Source of the DNA: a virus
Lineage: Duplodnaviria > Caudoviricetes
Virus record (IMG/VR): IMGVR_UViG_3300027856_000009
Location: 1 to 62,048 of that record
DNA length: 62,048 nt
Direction: 5' to 3' (one strand)
Shown: positions 18,064 through 27,351 of the stretch, in pieces
How the letters are laid out: the number at the start of each line of letters is the position of its first letter
Position numbering within the stretch: the first letter of the stretch is position 1
The notes under the pieces: model-generated
Database searches by the model: none
Told to the model about the DNA's origin: nothing
Seen by the model: the letters and a program-made list of their open reading frames with translations, nothing else
Translations under genes and position numbers: made by a program

Positions 18064-18654
18064 TCACAGTACGGCCGGGATGCCCCTCAAGCCACCACCC
18101 TGGATGACGTCATCCACGGCGCCCTGGACGGCCCCTCTGGCGGCGTCACGAGCGAAGAGGCGCCAGCCTAAGTATCCGAGGAGACCACCGCCCGCTGCCC
18201 CCGCCAGGCCGCCCCAGAGGGCCTTGCCGAAGAGGCCCCCCGCGATACCTCCCGCGGCGCCCGTGACGACCCCGGTGAGGATCATGACGGTCGGCGGGAG
18301 GGCGGTACGGATGGTGTCGCGGACGGTACCCTCGATGACCTCCTGGGCGGCACGGGCGCGCTCTTCCATCGAGCGCGAGCCGCCTTCGCACTCTTGCGTC
18401 GTGCGGTTCCAGCGACCGCCACCGGCGACGCAGTGCATGTCCACGTCTGCCGGGTCGAAGCCGAGCCCCCGGTAGGGGTCGCGGCCGTAGCGGGCGATGT
18501 CGGGTCGGCCTGTCGTCCAGCTCCCGTGCTCGATGTATGGGGCGTACGGGAGCCCTGCCTCGATGAGGGGCTGCAGCGACGGGAGGCGCCCGGTGCGGGT
18601 CGTCTGGAACGCGATCTGCCCGGGGATCAACTTGGTGCCGAGTGCGTAGCTCAT
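18064..18654 (-). CDS. Membrane protein (MSYALG leader, YRGLG)
   Basis: Gly-rich TM hairpin near C-terminus. Confidence 0.75.
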   Translation of the reverse strand: MSYALGTKLIPGQIAFQTTRTGRLPSLQPLIEAGLPYAPYIEHGSWTTGRPDIARYGRDPYRGLGFDPADVDMHCVAGGGRWNRTTQECEGGSRSMEERARAAQEVIEGTVRDTIRTALPPTVMILTGVVTGAAGGIAGGLFGKALWGGLAGAAGGGLLGYLGWRLFARDAARGAVQGAVDDVIQGGGLRGIPAVL

Positions 18655-18938
18655 CGTCGCTTCCTACTCGTTCTGCGCCGCCGCTTCCGCCGCCGCTTCC
18701 TGTTGACCCGAATACGAACGTCCGGCTCGCGCCGATAGGTCGTCCACGAGCCTCGTGGCGCCTTCCAGATGAGGAGGCCGAAGAGGCCGATCATGGCCAC
18801 GCCGATGATCAGCGCGTTGCGCGACTCCTCGGCCGTCGGCGGCGTTGTTCGGATGTAGGTCGGCGGCGGCCGGTAGTACGGGTCGTAGCGCCGCCCGGTG
18901 AGGTCGATTTCGACGGTTCCGATTCCTGCGTAGCTCAT
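18651..18938 (-). CDS. Small membrane protein (MSYAGIG leader, VNRKRRRKRRRRTSRKRR tail)
   Basis: ATGA overlaps; TM then Asn-polyArg tail. Confidence 0.75.
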   Translation of the reverse strand: MSYAGIGTVEIDLTGRRYDPYYRPPPTYIRTTPPTAEESRNALIIGVAMIGLFGLLIWKAPRGSWTTYRREPDVRIRVNRKRRRKRRRRTSRKRR

Positions 18939-19261
18939 CGTGTCAGCCTCCAGACGCCGTACCCAGCACCGGCCACCGTAGTCGCCGCGATCCCCCACAT
19001 CCACCATGGCCAGCACCGGGGTCCCATGAACATGCCGATGCAACTGCGGTCGCCGGTAGAGACGGCATCGCTTTGCTGCTGTGGGAGCCCGGCTCCCGGG
19101 AGGCAGACGGGCCTTGTGGCTGACGTCTGCCCCATCACGAGCCGCTCTCCAGGCGGGCAGCTGTAGCACCGTGACGGGGCCGGGATCGTTCCGCACTCAA
19201 GCTCTGCCGTGTTGAACGTCGGCGTCGACGAGGAGAGGGTTCTGCCGAGTGCGTAGCTCAT
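18935..19261 (-). CDS. Small Cys-rich membrane protein (MSYALG leader)
   Basis: 6 Cys, C-terminal TM. Confidence 0.72.
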   Translation of the reverse strand: MSYALGRTLSSSTPTFNTAELECGTIPAPSRCYSCPPGERLVMGQTSATRPVCLPGAGLPQQQSDAVSTGDRSCIGMFMGPRCWPWWMWGIAATTVAGAGYGVWRLTR

Positions 19262-19389
19262 CAAATACCCACTATCCAGGTTTTGTTGTGGTCCCACCAG
19301 CTCCCGGTGTCCGGCACGAGCGTGCCGCCGGGACCAGTCCGGTAGACGGTGACGGCGCCGAGAGATGCGTATGGGATGGCGTAGCTCAC
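19261..19389 (-). CDS. 42-aa MSY-leader microprotein
   Basis: (M)SYAIPYASLG...WWDHNKTWIVGI; translationally coupled. Confidence 0.6.
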   Translation of the reverse strand: MSYAIPYASLGAVTVYRTGPGGTLVPDTGSWWDHNKTWIVGI

Positions 19390-19451
19390 TCGATGTCCGT
19401 CATGAAGCCGCAGAGCAGCGCTTCGAGCAAACGGAGGCAGAAGCACCTCAC
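19386..19451 (-). CDS. Possible 21-aa micropeptide
   Basis: (M)RCFCLRLLEALLCGFMTDIE with GTGA overlaps at both ends. Confidence 0.4.
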   Translation of the reverse strand: MRCFCLRLLEALLCGFMTDIE

Positions 19452-20095
19452 GGGCTTTCCCATCCCATCAGGACGTTGTGCCGGTTCCTGATGACGTGCT
19501 TGATGGCACCGGCGAGCGTGGTGAACTCGCGGACCGGCGCGTCCCAGCTCGCGGGCACGGCGCGAAACCTGGTGCCGGCGTCGTAGACGGTGCCCATCGG
19601 CGACTTCAGTAGCGGTGCGTCTTTGGTGGGCTTCCTGCGCTCGGCCCCAACGTGAACCGCCCCACGGTCGATGATCACGTGGCGGTAGCCCCCCGGCATC
19701 TTGACCCAGTCCTCGTATCTGGCCACAGCCTTCACCGTCGGACGCCCACGCTTGCGCTTCCGGGCCGTCGTGCGTCGCTTGCCGGCGTTGCGTCGGACCC
19801 GCCGCCGACGGTTGCCCAGGATCTTGGTGACCGGTGCGACACGCTTGCCGCCCAGGATGTCGCCCAGGATGGCCCCGACGGTGACGCCGACGCCGAAGCC
19901 GATCGCGGCGACCATGAATTGCGTTTGAACGTACTGGCGGACGTCGAAGGTCGGCACCGCGACCCAGCCCCGCCGACGCTGGAGCGGGGAGACGATCTGG
20001 TGGACCGCGCTGGTGGCCACGTCGTCCGGGAGGGCGGGGGTAGCGGTACCCCCGTTCTCTGGGCTAGGCTCAGCTCCGAAGGCCGTGTACGACAC
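19448..20095 (-). CDS. Membrane protein (MSYTAFG leader, internal GNRRRRVRRN basic tract)
   Basis: TM followed by Asn-bounded Arg tract. Confidence 0.75.
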   Translation of the reverse strand: MSYTAFGAEPSPENGGTATPALPDDVATSAVHQIVSPLQRRRGWVAVPTFDVRQYVQTQFMVAAIGFGVGVTVGAILGDILGGKRVAPVTKILGNRRRRVRRNAGKRRTTARKRKRGRPTVKAVARYEDWVKMPGGYRHVIIDRGAVHVGAERRKPTKDAPLLKSPMGTVYDAGTRFRAVPASWDAPVREFTTLAGAIKHVIRNRHNVLMGWESP

Positions 20096-20145
20096 GGGCT
20101 GAGCATACGCGATTCTGCGACTTCAGCCCACAGGCCAGACACAGG

Positions 20146-20982
20146 TTGTCCACACCCATGCGTGACCACGAGGACCACTACTCGCAGCCGTCGACCTTCT
20201 CGCGGCTGACGACGCAGCCCCACTACCCTGTCGGACACGTCCTGCTGCAGAACATGGGCGCCTTCACTCCCCTGGGGATTCACGATCCGATTGCTCAGCA
20301 GCTCGGGAAGGGGTCCTTTGGGACCGCCTACGAGGTCTCCCTGCACGGCAAGAGCGTCCTGAAGCTCACCCGGGACCCCACCGAGGTCCAGGCGGCCTGC
20401 CTGCTCCTCGGGAAGACCCCCGAGCGCATCGTCAAGATCCACGGCGTGTGGGCGATGAAGGGCACCTTCTCGCGGGGGCTCCGCGGCTGGTACGCCATCC
20501 ACCGCGCCTACCTCACGCCGCTGAGCAAGCGCGACATGCGGCTCGTGGACGCCATCTTCCACGTCTACGACGACACGTCGCTCGACCTCGTCATCCCGCG
20601 GCGTCGGAACCACGCGATGCTCGACAAGTGGCGCGGCTACCTTCGTGAGGAGCTGCAGGCTCCGGAGGGCGGCGTACCGGTCGACGAGGAGGGTATGCGC
20701 ATCGCTTCGTTCGGCGGCCGGAAGGCGGTCACGCGGACGATGGACTTGCTCGTCAAGATCGGCAAGGGCGTCAACGAGATGCACTCGATCGGGGTCGACT
20801 GGGAGGACATTCACAGCGGCAACATCATGCGCAACGCCGAGGGGCGCATCGTCATCGCTGACATTGGCTGGGGACTCGTCCACGAAGAGTTCGACGAGGA
20901 CGTAGCTTTCCTGACCCCGAAGAACGCCCAGGCCTATGCAGCGCCTCGACCCGGGGCTGCAGACACGGCCGCCGAGGCCTAG
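20146..20982 (+). CDS. Protein kinase-fold enzyme (Ser/Thr kinase-like)
   Basis: LGKGSFGTAY Gly-loop, VLKLT (catalytic Lys), EDIHSGNIM catalytic loop, IADIG (DFG equivalent). Confidence 0.85.
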   Translation: MSTPMRDHEDHYSQPSTFSRLTTQPHYPVGHVLLQNMGAFTPLGIHDPIAQQLGKGSFGTAYEVSLHGKSVLKLTRDPTEVQAACLLLGKTPERIVKIHGVWAMKGTFSRGLRGWYAIHRAYLTPLSKRDMRLVDAIFHVYDDTSLDLVIPRRRNHAMLDKWRGYLREELQAPEGGVPVDEEGMRIASFGGRKAVTRTMDLLVKIGKGVNEMHSIGVDWEDIHSGNIMRNAEGRIVIADIGWGLVHEEFDEDVAFLTPKNAQAYAAPRPGAADTAAEA

Positions 20983-21024
20983 TCCCGACGCCTCAGGAGC
21001 ACGTGGGTGCGTGAGTAGTCGGTG

Positions 21025-21807
21025 TCAGTGCGAAGATGGCATCGGAGAGGCCCTGAGCGAGTCAGCGAGCGGCGCCTTCTCGTCCCGCGCATCGAGCAGC
21101 TTGGCGAGCCGCGCGAGCGCGCCGTGGGCCCAGTAGAGCCGCGGCGCCGTCACCATCCCGATGCCGGCCAGCTCCTCGGAGTCGACCTCGTCGATCTCGT
21201 AGAGTTTGTGCAAGACCGCGTGGCGCCCGTCGTCCAGGTAGCACTCGCGAACGTGCGCGACCTCGTCGGCGGCCTTCTGGTTAGGCTCCATGGGCCAGTC
21301 CTCGTCCTTGCCGAGGAAGCGCGTCTCCATCGCGCGGAGGTCGTCGGCGGCGACCCCTTGGTCCCACACCTCGGTGATGTCGTGGAAGCGACCGCCCATG
21401 CCGATCGAGGCCTTCTCCCGGAAGTAGTGGTCGTGCGCGTACTTTCGGTTGCCCATCCAGCGCACGCGCGCCTCGGGGTTGGCGGGTCCGTAGCGGAAGA
21501 CGACAGGGTCGATGTCGCCGTCGACGAGGAGCCCCTTGTGGTGGAGCGCGATGATCTCGGTCCACATGTTGCTGTCCCAGCCCCCGTCCTTGTGACGCTG
21601 CTGGATGAGCCAGCGATCCTCGCTCGACTTTTTGATCTCGTGTTTCGAGTAGGCCCTCGTCGCGAGCTTGCTCATGTTCATGCGGTGCTTGTCGCGAGCA
21701 TCCATCACGGCCACGCCGCCGCACTCGCAGTCCTGGAACTCGACGTCGGGCCAGAGCGACACGAGGGTGTAGCCGTCGCCGTTGCACTTCTCGCACTTCT
21801 TGCTCAT
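21025..21807 (-). CDS. Phage-type hypothetical protein with N-terminal CxxC
   Basis: CEKCNG...CECGG; 260 aa. Confidence 0.7.
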   Translation of the reverse strand: MSKKCEKCNGDGYTLVSLWPDVEFQDCECGGVAVMDARDKHRMNMSKLATRAYSKHEIKKSSEDRWLIQQRHKDGGWDSNMWTEIIALHHKGLLVDGDIDPVVFRYGPANPEARVRWMGNRKYAHDHYFREKASIGMGGRFHDITEVWDQGVAADDLRAMETRFLGKDEDWPMEPNQKAADEVAHVRECYLDDGRHAVLHKLYEIDEVDSEELAGIGMVTAPRLYWAHGALARLAKLLDARDEKAPLADSLRASPMPSSH

Positions 21808-24800
21808 CAGACCAGCTCCATCTGGGTGCCCACCGCGACCTGGCCGGGCATCGCGATGCCGACCCGGTACTCTTTCTCTTCCACGAGCCCCGCCTCGGCA
21901 ATGGTGAACCGGCTCTCGCCTGCTTCTTCGCCGCGGATTTCACACGGCATCGACACCCACAGCTCGTCCTTCGGTCGGGTGCAGGCGACGTAGAAGAGCC
22001 GGCGCTCCTCGTTCAGGTCGGACCGCGAGCCGGGGAAGAACCCACTGGCGACGTGGATGAGGTAGACGACCTGCCACTCCATGCCCTTGGCCTTGTGGAC
22101 GGTCGAGATGGTGACGGCGTTCCGCTTGCGGGCGTTCGCAGCACGGTGGCGATCGATCGCGTCGATCGCGTCGATCATGGCGTCCACGGTCTCGTAGTTG
22201 CGGGCGAAGGCGACCACCTCGTTGAGGTTGTCGACGGCCTTGCTGTCCTCGCCCTCGTCGACGTTGCGCGAGAGCCACTCGTCGAGCTTCACGTCCTTGC
22301 GCACGAGGTTGAGCAGGTCGGCGGGGCCGAGCCCTCTCGTGCGCCAGACCTCGACGAGACGGGCCCAGCCCACCGCGTTGCGGGCCTGGTAGGCGCTGGT
22401 GCGCTGCGCCGTGGCTTTCACCGCCGGCACCCAGTCCCCGTTCTTGGCGCCGTGCTCGACGACTTGCTTGACGAACGCGCGCCCGATGCTCCGGCTCGGG
22501 TACATCAGCGCGTCGCCGATGGTGTCGGCGGTGGCGCGGCTTCCGATGGCGCGGAGGTAGCCGAGCAGGATCTTCGTCTCCTTCATCGTGAAGAACGACT
22601 GCCCCGACACGAGCTTGTACGGGACGCCGCGCGTGGCAAGGGACATCTCGATCGCGCGAGTCATGAAGTTCATGCGCATGAGGACGGCTTGCTCGTCCCA
22701 GCGCACTCCCTGTTTGTTGTGGGCGACGATGTTGTTGGCGACTGCGTCGGCCTCGTCTTCAGGGCTCTCGAACGTGTGGTAGCCGACGTAGGAGTGGACC
22801 TGTCGTTCGCTGGTCATGTCGGCGGCGACGCCCATGTCGTCGGTGATGACGGTGGAGGCGGGCATGTGGCCCATGATGCGGTTGGCGAGGTCGACGATCT
22901 CGATGCCGCTGCGGTAGTTGCGGTGCATGATGACCGTCTTGGCGCCGGGCCACTGTTCCTCGAAGCCGAGCATCTTCTCGGGACGGCTGCCGCGGAACCC
23001 AAAAATGGCCTGCGCGGGATCTCCGACCACCATGTAGTTCCGGTGCTTGTGGACCAGCGCCTCGGCGATGGCGGCCTGCGCTTCGTTTTCGTCCTGGCAG
23101 TTGTGGATCAGCATCCCGTCTGCGTAGAAGGCGTGCGTGCCGGAAACCCCGATGTCGTAGACCCATGGTTCGTTGGGAATCCACGGCTCGGCCTTGAGGA
23201 CAACGGCATCCGAGGGGCACCCCTCTCCCAGGGCTCGGCAGATGTCCTGTTCGATCATCTGGTCGGTCAACGTGTAGCTCTCAGCGTTGCTGTAGCGAAG
23301 CAGCAGCCATCCGCGGTCACGGAGTAGCAGCTCTTTGCGCAAGTCTGCTTCCCTCCGGGACGGGCTGTTGTGGCTGTTACCGTCCAGCTCGATTCCCACG
23401 CGACGCTCCGGGTCTGCGATGTCGAGCTTGTAGCTGCGTGGGTACCCGCTCCATCCCAGCGGGACCGTGATGTTGTGCTGCCAGCAGCTGTTCAGCTTGG
23501 CGAGCAGCGCTTCCTCGGCAGGGGCCACGTGGCCGTTACCTCCGCGGGTGGGAGGTCCACTACTTCCGCGTTGGTTGGTACCGCACGTTCCGTCAGCGTT
23601 GCGCTGTGAGATGAGGGCGCCCAGAATCTCTCGGCCTCGGACTCCGATCTTGTACTTGTTCAGGTACGCGAGGTTGGCCTCCGCGCCCGTCTCGTGCTGC
23701 ACGTGGTCGCCGGGGCGCAATTCGCCCGCCGGAACCCAGCCCCGGTTGACCGTCCACACAGGGTGGTCGTCGGTGCAGACGAGGTATCGGGTGCAGATGT
23801 TGTTGGCACGTGTCCAGCTGTTGCTTCTGTACGGTGTCAGAGAGCCGTCTTTGTTGCGGCTGGCTCGCTTTGTGACGATGCGGACCATGGGCTTTGTTAC
23901 CGGCTTTTGCGCCCAGCTGATGATGGGGCGCGCCACCGTTCCGGTTGACGGGGACCACGTCGTAACGTCGCCCCCGCACTTCTCCGCCACAAGGTCTCGG
24001 ATCGCTCGCTGCGTGCCGTCTGCCATCAGGACGGGGGTGTCCCCCACGACGCACTCGTCCTGGAGCACGTGGCTCCAGCGCTCGCCCCAGCGCTCGCGGA
24101 TGTCCTTTTTCGCGAGCAGCATCGCGGCCTGATAAATCATGTCGTCGAAGGTGACGAACGTGACCGGCATCCCGTTGTACTCGACGCCGGTGTGCTCGCG
24201 GATCTTCTCGGTCGCGAAGTAGGCCTCGATGATCATCGCCGCGTCGAGCGCCTCGCCCTGCGCGAGGTCTTCGGCGATCCGCACCATGCGACCGTCGAGC
24301 CGCCCGAGTCGGCGGAGTGTCTCCGTCGTGCCGAGGAGGTTGTTCTTCACCTGTCCCGCGAAGGCTTTCGCGATGCGCTTCTCGGGTTCGAGGTGGAGCG
24401 CCTTGTAGGCCTTGGTGATCGCCTTCAGGTAGAGCAGCCCCGAGGTGTCGATAGTCTTCTCGTCGTGGGGGTCGCCCTCTGCCTTGAAGATGCGGAGCCC
24501 GATGCTGTGGAAGGTCTTGGCACACTGCCCGGCGTCGTAGCCCGGGAGCCGCTTCTCGATGCGCCGCTTCATCTGCTGGGCGGCGCTCTTCGAGAAGCTG
24601 ATCATCAGGATGCGCTTCGGCTGCACGTGCTTCTTGCGCACGAGGTGGACGACACGCTCGACGAGCGCGGTGGTCTTGCCGGCACCGGCAACGGCGCCGA
24701 CGCGGAGCGGCCCACTGCCGTGGGCGACCACGAGCTGCTGCTCGGGGTTGAGGTCGGGAACGTCGCTCACGCCATCACCGCGGGAGGTCTTCTCGGCGTA

Positions 24801-24809
24801 GCGGCTCAC
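21807..24809 (-). CDS. UvrD/PcrA/Rep-family SF1 helicase containing an intein
   Basis: AVAGAGKTT, ISFSKSAA, TFHSIG, DE/CQD split by intein, VGDPAQAIFGFRG, NYRS, STVHKAKGMEW, EERRLFYVACTR. Confidence 0.95.
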   Translation of the reverse strand: MSRYAEKTSRGDGVSDVPDLNPEQQLVVAHGSGPLRVGAVAGAGKTTALVERVVHLVRKKHVQPKRILMISFSKSAAQQMKRRIEKRLPGYDAGQCAKTFHSIGLRIFKAEGDPHDEKTIDTSGLLYLKAITKAYKALHLEPEKRIAKAFAGQVKNNLLGTTETLRRLGRLDGRMVRIAEDLAQGEALDAAMIIEAYFATEKIREHTGVEYNGMPVTFVTFDDMIYQAAMLLAKKDIRERWGERWSHVLQDECVVGDTPVLMADGTQRAIRDLVAEKCGGDVTTWSPSTGTVARPIISWAQKPVTKPMVRIVTKRASRNKDGSLTPYRSNSWTRANNICTRYLVCTDDHPVWTVNRGWVPAGELRPGDHVQHETGAEANLAYLNKYKIGVRGREILGALISQRNADGTCGTNQRGSSGPPTRGGNGHVAPAEEALLAKLNSCWQHNITVPLGWSGYPRSYKLDIADPERRVGIELDGNSHNSPSRREADLRKELLLRDRGWLLLRYSNAESYTLTDQMIEQDICRALGEGCPSDAVVLKAEPWIPNEPWVYDIGVSGTHAFYADGMLIHNCQDENEAQAAIAEALVHKHRNYMVVGDPAQAIFGFRGSRPEKMLGFEEQWPGAKTVIMHRNYRSGIEIVDLANRIMGHMPASTVITDDMGVAADMTSERQVHSYVGYHTFESPEDEADAVANNIVAHNKQGVRWDEQAVLMRMNFMTRAIEMSLATRGVPYKLVSGQSFFTMKETKILLGYLRAIGSRATADTIGDALMYPSRSIGRAFVKQVVEHGAKNGDWVPAVKATAQRTSAYQARNAVGWARLVEVWRTRGLGPADLLNLVRKDVKLDEWLSRNVDEGEDSKAVDNLNEVVAFARNYETVDAMIDAIDAIDRHRAANARKRNAVTISTVHKAKGMEWQVVYLIHVASGFFPGSRSDLNEERRLFYVACTRPKDELWVSMPCEIRGEEAGESRFTIAEAGLVEEKEYRVGIAMPGQVAVGTQMELV
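23100..24053 (-). mobile_element. Intein (318 aa) with Vsr/DUF559-type endonuclease
   Basis: Starts CVVGDT, block B CTDDHPVW, ends VYDIGV...LIHN followed by Cys; internal LDIA...IELDGNSH...DLRKELLLRDRGWLLLRYSN. Confidence 0.9.
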
Positions 24810-25450
24810 ACGATCTCCGGGTGGAAGAAGGGCAGCACGTAGACGACCGTCGGACGCCGGCTGCTGCGACGCGGACGGGACCCGTTAGTCATGATGAGGT
24901 CGGACTTCAGCAGGTCGTTGACCTGCTTGCGCACCTGGCTCGGGGTCAGGCTGGACGCCAGCTGAATCTCATTGACGGTCGCGCCCCCCTCTTCACGGGC
25001 GCCGATGCTTTGGTAGACGAGGTCGCGCGGCGAGAGGGGGATGTTGGCCGGGTCCTCCAGCTCCCAGATCGCGACCGGGCGGCGGTGGCTGCCGGTCTGC
25101 TCCCAGCCGCGTCGGCGCCAAATCTTTTCGCGGAAGATGACGCCTATCCAGCGGGGGTCGACCGCGTTGAGGTCTTCGTCGTATCCGCGAGCGCGCATCT
25201 CGGAGAAGACCTCGACGCTGGTGATGCGACCGCGCAGCTTGGTCAGCTCGATGGCGATCTCGCGCCCCGTCTCGCAGAGCGAACCTCGGTGGGCTTCGAG
25301 GTTGTCGAGCGCGGCGTCACGCCCCGCCGTCTCGATGTCCGGCGGCCCCGGCGACCCGATCTTTCGCTGGGGCGTGAGCCGCGGCGGGAATCGGTGTCGC
25401 GGAGGGAACAGGTCGCCCTGCCGGTCGTCGGCGCCGGCCATCCTCACCAC
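24806..25450 (-). CDS. Hypothetical protein with C-terminal winged HTH
   Basis: GATVNEIQLASSLTPSQVRKQVNDLLKSDLI. Confidence 0.65.
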   Translation of the reverse strand: MVRMAGADDRQGDLFPPRHRFPPRLTPQRKIGSPGPPDIETAGRDAALDNLEAHRGSLCETGREIAIELTKLRGRITSVEVFSEMRARGYDEDLNAVDPRWIGVIFREKIWRRRGWEQTGSHRRPVAIWELEDPANIPLSPRDLVYQSIGAREEGGATVNEIQLASSLTPSQVRKQVNDLLKSDLIMTNGSRPRRSSRRPTVVYVLPFFHPEIV

Positions 25451-25833
25451 CTGATGTCGAGCTGGTTGCTCACGCCGAAGTCCAGCGGGTCAGCGCGGAA
25501 CATGATGACGGTGCCGATGTTCGTGATGTCGATGTCGTTGCGGGCGAGCACCTCCAGCACCTCCTTCTTCTTGGGTTCGCACCGGGTGATGCTGTACTTG
25601 GAGGGGTCTTTCCGGGAGATGATGTCGCCGCTCTCCTCGTCGACGTCGGCCACCTCTTCCCACTCGACCGGGATGCAGACCCAGATGGGCTTGCGGCGCG
25701 CGGTCTTCTTCTCCTCGGGAGCCGCTTCTGCGGTCTCGGTCTCCTTGCTCTCCTCGGTCTTCTCCTCGGACTCGGCCCCCTTGGATTCTGCGGATCCGTC
25801 GCTCTCGTTGCTCTCGGTAGTCACGTCGTTCAT
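25444..25833 (-). CDS. Hypothetical protein, acidic N-terminus
   Basis: GGAGG RBS. Confidence 0.7.
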   Translation of the reverse strand: MNDVTTESNESDGSAESKGAESEEKTEESKETETAEAAPEEKKTARRKPIWVCIPVEWEEVADVDEESGDIISRKDPSKYSITRCEPKKKEVLEVLARNDIDITNIGTVIMFRADPLDFGVSNQLDIRW

Positions 25834-25873
25834 GTGTTCCTCCCGCGCCCAGCGGCTCTAGTAGAGTGTGTCG

Positions 25874-25901
25874 AAGGTACCTGTCTGACAACCCTCGTCA
25901 A
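25874..25901 (-). promoter_or_regulatory. Promoter TTGACG-16-TACCTT with operator in the spacer
   Basis: Operator 25882-25890; same architecture as the 28812-28840 promoter. Confidence 0.6.
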
Positions 25902-26065
25902 CCCAAAAAGTTTGGGTCGGCGGAGCGGTGTGCCAGGTACAGGAAAGCGGCCCCGCTCAGGGCCACAGAGAAGGCGCCGGCCCAGTCGCCGAAGACCAGG
26001 GCGCCGATGCTCCAGCCGACGCTCACGAGCGTCATCAGGAGCCAGAACCGAACGAGGTTTCTCAC
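25898..26065 (-). CDS. Small two-TM membrane protein
   Basis: GTGA overlap; hydrophobic. Confidence 0.55.
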   Translation of the reverse strand: MRNLVRFWLLMTLVSVGWSIGALVFGDWAGAFSVALSGAAFLYLAHRSADPNFLG

Positions 26066-26727
26066 CGCTTGCGCAGCGCGGTCTGGATGATGCCGAGGAT
26101 CTCGTTGAGCAAGTCCTCGGGCCCGGTGTAGGTGAAGACCGCGTCGCACTCCCGGCAGCGGATCTCGAACTCGTCGTCGCTATCGTGGTTGGTGTGGTTG
26201 GTGTCGCGCCCGTGGTCTTCCCACATCTTCCAGACGACGCCGCGGAACCCGCTGTCGAGGGCCCGGTCGGCGAGGAGCATGACCTCGACCCGCAGCATCG
26301 CATGGTGCAGCACGGACGGGGACACGTCGGCCGCGATGGCCGCCTGCAGCGCGGACTTGAAGCCTGCCTGGGCCGCGACGTCCCACCCGTCGGTCTCGGG
26401 GTTCCCGGTCTGCCAGTTGATGTTCATCGCGGCGCAGGCTCGCTCGAACAGCTCGGGGGTCCCGTGCTCCTCGATGATCGTCAGGAGGGCACCGGCCTTG
26501 TTCTGCCACATGCGGGATCGGAACTCGACGGTTTGCGCGTCCGTGTGTCGCTCGGGGAGCTTCCGCATGATGACGCGGCAGACGGCGACCATGAGGTTGC
26601 GGTTGGCCTCGGGCACCTCCTCCCAGGGCTTGGCGCTTGCCTCGCGCGTCTCGTACCCGAACGACGGCGCGAGTGCTTCGTAGGTCTCGTGGAACTGGCG
26701 AGCCAGGTCTTCGGCGGCATCACTCAT
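26062..26727 (-). CDS. Phage-type hypothetical protein
   Basis: LARQFHETYEALAP...WEEVPEANRNLM pattern. Confidence 0.65.
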   Translation of the reverse strand: MSDAAEDLARQFHETYEALAPSFGYETREASAKPWEEVPEANRNLMVAVCRVIMRKLPERHTDAQTVEFRSRMWQNKAGALLTIIEEHGTPELFERACAAMNINWQTGNPETDGWDVAAQAGFKSALQAAIAADVSPSVLHHAMLRVEVMLLADRALDSGFRGVVWKMWEDHGRDTNHTNHDSDDEFEIRCRECDAVFTYTGPEDLLNEILGIIQTALRKR

Positions 26728-26974
26728 CGACGTCAACGATCCAGACCGGGGTGTTCTCACCCACCCATGCGCCGACCACGTTGAACTCCATGTACTCGGT
26801 CGCCTCTTCGTGAGACAGCCCCTGTTCGCACAGGATCGCGACGGCCTTCGAGTAGCTGTAGGCGACCAGCGTGGGCTGGCTGCAGCGTCGCGCGACACCG
26901 ATGATGGCGTCGTCGAACCCGTCCGCGAAGAGGGCGGCGGGGTTGTCCTCCATGAGTGTTTCGCGGATGCCCAT
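26720..26974 (-). CDS. Conserved phage-type hypothetical protein
   Basis: ADGFDDAIIG...EEATEYMEFNVVGAWVGENTP. Confidence 0.75.
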   Translation of the reverse strand: MGIRETLMEDNPAALFADGFDDAIIGVARRCSQPTLVAYSYSKAVAILCEQGLSHEEATEYMEFNVVGAWVGENTPVWIVDVDE

Positions 26975-27255
26975 CAGTTGCCCGCCGTCGTGAAGCGGGC
27001 GATCTCGGAGTCGGCGATGCGCCACGGGTCAGAGCCCCCGCCCTTGCCGAACTTCACGGCCTTGATCTTCTTCTCGTAGATCCACTTCTTGAGCGTCGAG
27101 CGTCCGATGCTCAGTCGCTCGGCGACCTCCGAGAGCTTGCAGTAGCGCTCGGACGGGTTGGGGGTTGGGGGCGCAGTTTCGGCCGCCTCGACCTCTACGG
27201 TGAAGCCGTGGTTGCAGTTGGGGCAGGTCACGTCGACCTCGTCAGTCTCGGTCAT
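26974..27255 (-). CDS. Excisionase-like HTH protein with N-terminal CxxC
   Basis: CPNC; LSEVAERLSIGRSTLKKWIYEKKIKAVK...WRIADSEI. Confidence 0.8.
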   Translation of the reverse strand: MTETDEVDVTCPNCNHGFTVEVEAAETAPPTPNPSERYCKLSEVAERLSIGRSTLKKWIYEKKIKAVKFGKGGGSDPWRIADSEIARFTTAGN

Positions 27256-27351
27256 GGGCTCTCTTTCTTGGTGCGGATGGGCGGGAGTTTGGTGTGGTGC
27301 CTGCGGCACTCGCCATCGGGGATCGGGTCGAGCCCGTTATCTTCAGGGGGC

